Positions 32,289-35,818 of a stretch of DNA of 35,818 nucleotides are shown one piece after another. A program made the position numbers and the translations under genes. Below the pieces are notes generated by a model. It saw only the letters and a list, made by a program, of their open reading frames with translations. It was not told the origin of the DNA and searched no databases. Where the stretch lies: the NCBI GenBank assembly GCA_000442015.1, contig KE560649.1, positions 1-35,818 on the forward strand. Direction: 5' to 3'. How positions within the stretch are numbered: the stretch's first letter is position 1; every line of letters begins with the position of its first letter. Source of the stretch: Rozella allomycis CSF55. Taxonomy: Eukaryota.

Positions 32289-32719
32289 TTCAATACCAGG
32301 GGCTGGTGGGAAAGAAAAATTTCAGAGAGGCTTGGGTCGAGTGAAATTTCATAGTTTCATGCTCATACTCGGTATTTATTGTAATTTCTGCGTTAGAACT
32401 ATTTAATAATGATTTAAAACTTGTTAATTTACTGCGAGGATAAATGCCTCAGAGGGTATACTATTTTGGCTGTAGAGAATCTATATTTTTGCAAAGTGTG
32501 CATCTCTGAAAGTTGAATTGATAATATTATTCTTTATTCTTTAGAACAAGAGACTAAGACTTTAGAGAGTTGCGGGATGGCATTGAAATTCTTGTAACAA
32601 AATGAGATTACATTTCTGCACATAATAAATAAATAATAGAGTATTTTAAAACTTAATTTTGTAATATATTTTGCGCTGTTGCAGTATTATTAGTCACCAT
32701 AATTCTATACCCTGGTAAA

Positions 32720-35016
32720 ATGGGAGCAAAAAAGAAAGTTGGAAAAAACCGTTTGGACAAGTACTACCATTTAGCCAAAGAGCAGGGCTACCGTGCCCGT
32801 TCCGCGTACAAGTTGGTTCAGTTGAATCGCAAGTATAATTTTCTTGAAAAAGCGCGAGTTTTGTAATTAGAAATAGAGTGAATAAAGTAGGGTAGATTTG
32901 TGTGCTGCGCCTGGAGGATGGTTGCAGGTAGCTGCGAAGCATATGCCTCTGTCTCGAGTAATTATTGGGATTGATTTGGCGCCTATCAAGCCGATTCCGA
33001 ATGTGATTACGATGAAGAATGATATAACGACTGAAAAGTGTAGGTCCGAGTTAAGGAGAGAGCTGAAGACGTGGAAGGCGGATGTGTTTTTGAATGACGG
33101 AGCGCCGAATGTTGGAAGTAGTTGGACGCATGATGCGTTTACGCAGGCGGAGCTGGTATTGCATGCGCTAAAGTTGGCGTGTGAGTTTTTGGTCAAGGGA
33201 GGTAAGATTGGTTGGTTGGTTGGATGTAGGAACGTTTGTGACCAAGGTGTTTAGATCCAAGGATTATAATTCATTGTTGTGGGTGTTTCAGCAACTGTTT
33301 GTTAAAGTTGAGGCTACGAAGCCTGCGTCGTCTCGTAATGAGTCTGCTGAAATCTTTGTTGTTTGTAGAGAGTATAAATGTCCTGATAAGTTGGATAATA
33401 AATTTTTTGATCCAAAATATGTGTTTTCAGAGGTGGAGACTGGAAAGACTAAAGTGAATATATTTAAGCCAGCAAAGAGACAAAGAGAAGGGTATGAAGA
33501 TGGGGCGACTATTATTTATAAGAAGAGAAATATAATGGAGTTTTTAGAAGCAGAAGATCCAACGATAATATTGGCAGAGTCTAGTGAATTAACTTTTGAA
33601 GGAAGAGGGGTGGAGATTAAAGAGAATAAATTTACAGATGAAGAAATTTTGGAGTTGTGTAAAGATGTGAAGATATTAGGCAAGAGAGAATTGATGGCGT
33701 TGTTGAAGTGGAGAAGAAAGATGAGAAAAGTTTTAGAAATGGAAGAAGAAAAAAAGATTGAGGAAAAAGAACAAGTTGAGGAGGTTGATTCGATGGATGA
33801 ATTGGATAAATTAGTGAATGAAGAGAGACAGAAAGATAAAAAGAAAAAGAAGAAGGAATTGATGAAAAAGGCGAAATCTGCGTTAAAAATGGCTAATGGA
33901 AATCCAATTGATAATTTTGAAGAACAAGAAGATTTGTTTAATTTGAAAAAAGTTTCATCTATAGAAAAAATAGAAAACGCCACTGAAATTGAAGAAATAG
34001 ATCTAGATGAAGAAGTGCCTGAAAAAGAAAAAATAGATTTGGAAGAAGAAGATTCAGATTCCGAGGGAGAGAGATTGAATGATTTAGAACAAGAATTAGA
34101 AGAAGATTATGAAAGATATAAACAGAGATTAATAGAAAGAGATCCAAAAGCATTAATAAAGATGAAGAGAGCAACAGAAGATTCAGATGAATTTTTTGGA
34201 TTTTCAGATAAAGAAGAAGAAGAAAATAGAATTGAAGAAAATGAATTGATTATTAAAGAAAAGGAAGATAAAGTGAAGAGATGGTTTGATCAACCAATTT
34301 TCTCTGAATTTAATAAAACTGTTGAACAAATCCAAGTTGATAAAATTATTAAAAAGAGAAAAGTTAAAGAAGAAGAAGAAGAAGAGAGTGAGATTGAAAA
34401 TGAGAGTGAAGAAGAAATAGAACAAGAAGATGAAATGAGTGAAGTTGATAAAGATGAACAAAAGAAGAAAGTTTTAATGAACCCACAAGGATTAACTTTG
34501 GCATTAAATTTAGCTAAAAAGAAAGTAAAGAAGAGTGATTTGGTTGATAATTCTTTTAATAGATATTCTTTCAATGATTCTGAAGGACTTCCCAGTTGGT
34601 TTATTGAAGATGAACAACGTCACAATAAACCACAAATGCCTGTTACTAAAGAAGCAGTTGAATTGATGAAACAGAAACTGAAAGCAATCGACAACAGATC
34701 AGCCAAGAAACATCAAGAAGCGAAAGCAAGACAAAAGAGAAAAGCTTTTAGAAAATTAGAAGCAATGAAGAAGAAGGCTGATTCTGTTTTAGAAAATGAA
34801 GAAATGTCTGAAAAACAAAAATTAGAAAAAATTCAATCAATGATGAAATCAGCAGTTAAATCTGTCAGACCAAAGAAACAACTCGTTGTTGCCAAAGGTG
34901 GTAAAAAGGGTGTTGCTGGTAGACCTAATGGTGTGAAAGGAAAATATAAGATGGTTGATAGGCGTCTAAAGAAGGAAGTCAGAGCTCAAAAGAGAATTGC
35001 CAAAAAGAAGAAATAA
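32720..35016 (+). CDS. SPB1: AdoMet-dependent rRNA 2'-O-methyltransferase Spb1/FTSJ3; 3 exons
   Basis: [79 protein letters not shown]. Confidence 0.97.
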
Positions 35017-35093
35017 ATCTGTAAAGATTTTAAATAAATTAAAAGCATTCTAAATCATAAATTATATTTAGAAATTACATTTAGAAATTAAAT

Positions 35094-35818
35094 TTATTCA
35101 ATCTTTGCTATTTCAATCTTTGGTAATTCAATCTTTGATGGTTCAATCTTTGATAAACATTCAACAAATCCTTTAATTTGCTCAAATGAATGTCCACCTG
35201 ATATCGCTATTCTAATTGATTTTCTTCTCTTAATTCTCTCTTGTTCAGAATATTTTGCAACAGTAACTAAATACCCATTCTCAGCACATTCATCCACTAT
35301 CCTCTTAATTCTGTCTTCTTCTCCATTCACTCTCAAATGCACCACCGGTGAATCCCCATCCCCTTCAATCTCAAACTTTCCCATCAAATACTCTTTCACC
35401 AATTGATGAAAATATCTCACATTCTCATGCAGCCTTGTCACCATCTCTGGCTCCTTTTCAATCACATTAATCGCTTCATGTGCTCCAACTGCCAACATGG
35501 CTGGAAGCGACGCTGAAAAACAATACGCCGCACCAGATAATCTCTCTCTTAAATTTACATTCCTCATACCTGATGGTCAACAACATGCATCGATCCAGCA
35601 CAAAACCCACCAGCTGATGCCCATGCATTAGACATGGTCGACACAATCATATCAACCCTCCTCGCTTCAATCCCATAATAATCAGTCACGCCAGCGCCAC
35701 GACTTCCAAGTGTGCCCATCGATACACTCTCATCTATTATCGTCCTGTACTTGTATTTCTCCGCCAATTCCAACTATTCACTCCCAAAAATCACTCTTAC
35801 CACCTTGGGCAGGTTCAC
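35094..35818 (-). CDS. LCB1: Serine palmitoyltransferase subunit 1, 3' part (runs off the window)
   Basis: KYKYRTIIDESVSMGTLG, GGFCAGS..VVDHQ, RLSGAAYCFSASLPAMLA; STMSNA lacks the PLP lysine, as expected for LCB1. Confidence 0.93.
35098..35152 (-). repeat. Four 15-bp-period repeats encoding (xxKIE)4 at the LCB1 C-terminus
   Basis: TCAATCTTTG occurs four times at 15-nt spacing on +; protein ends SKIEPSKIELPKIEIAKIE. Confidence 0.85.

Noticed and set aside
33516..34574. Phe/Ser/Leu-rich antisense ORFs (also opposite other genes)
   Set aside because: Shadows of Lys/Glu-rich sense coding sequence.
35098..35152. Repeat-spacer pattern resembling a CRISPR array
   Set aside because: 10-bp repeats with 5-bp spacers inside a eukaryotic CDS; no cas genes.

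Overview
AT-rich, very gene-dense eukaryotic scaffold with about 21 protein-coding genes, most split by tiny (about 26-29 nt) GT-AG introns. In order: a CE4 chitin-deacetylase-like surface protein; two secreted ricin-B-like paralogues; tail-anchored ACBP; a Zwilch-like kinetochore protein; methionine synthase reductase; a CCDC15-like centriolar protein; a GAF hybrid histidine kinase; TFIIH p52; a CyaB1-type GAF-GAF-PAS class III cyclase; Get2/CAML; prefoldin 5; a CCDC157-like coiled-coil protein; succinyl-CoA ligase beta; an orphan three-repeat type I membrane protein; eIF2A; GNL1; a cytochrome P450; Mpo1; RPL35A; SPB1; and the 3' end of LCB1. Gene content and compaction suggest an early-diverging flagellated fungus or fungal relative such as Rozella (inference only). 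Most notable: a ~185-bp imperfect hairpin in the largest intergenic region, a lectin-like and an orphan surface/secreted family, bacterial-type GAF signalling genes, microsporidia-like AAATTT/CCC signals before start codons, a possible GT-TG or 14-nt intron, and N-flanked duplications that look like heterozygous alleles. All family calls are motif recognition from memory, not database searches.
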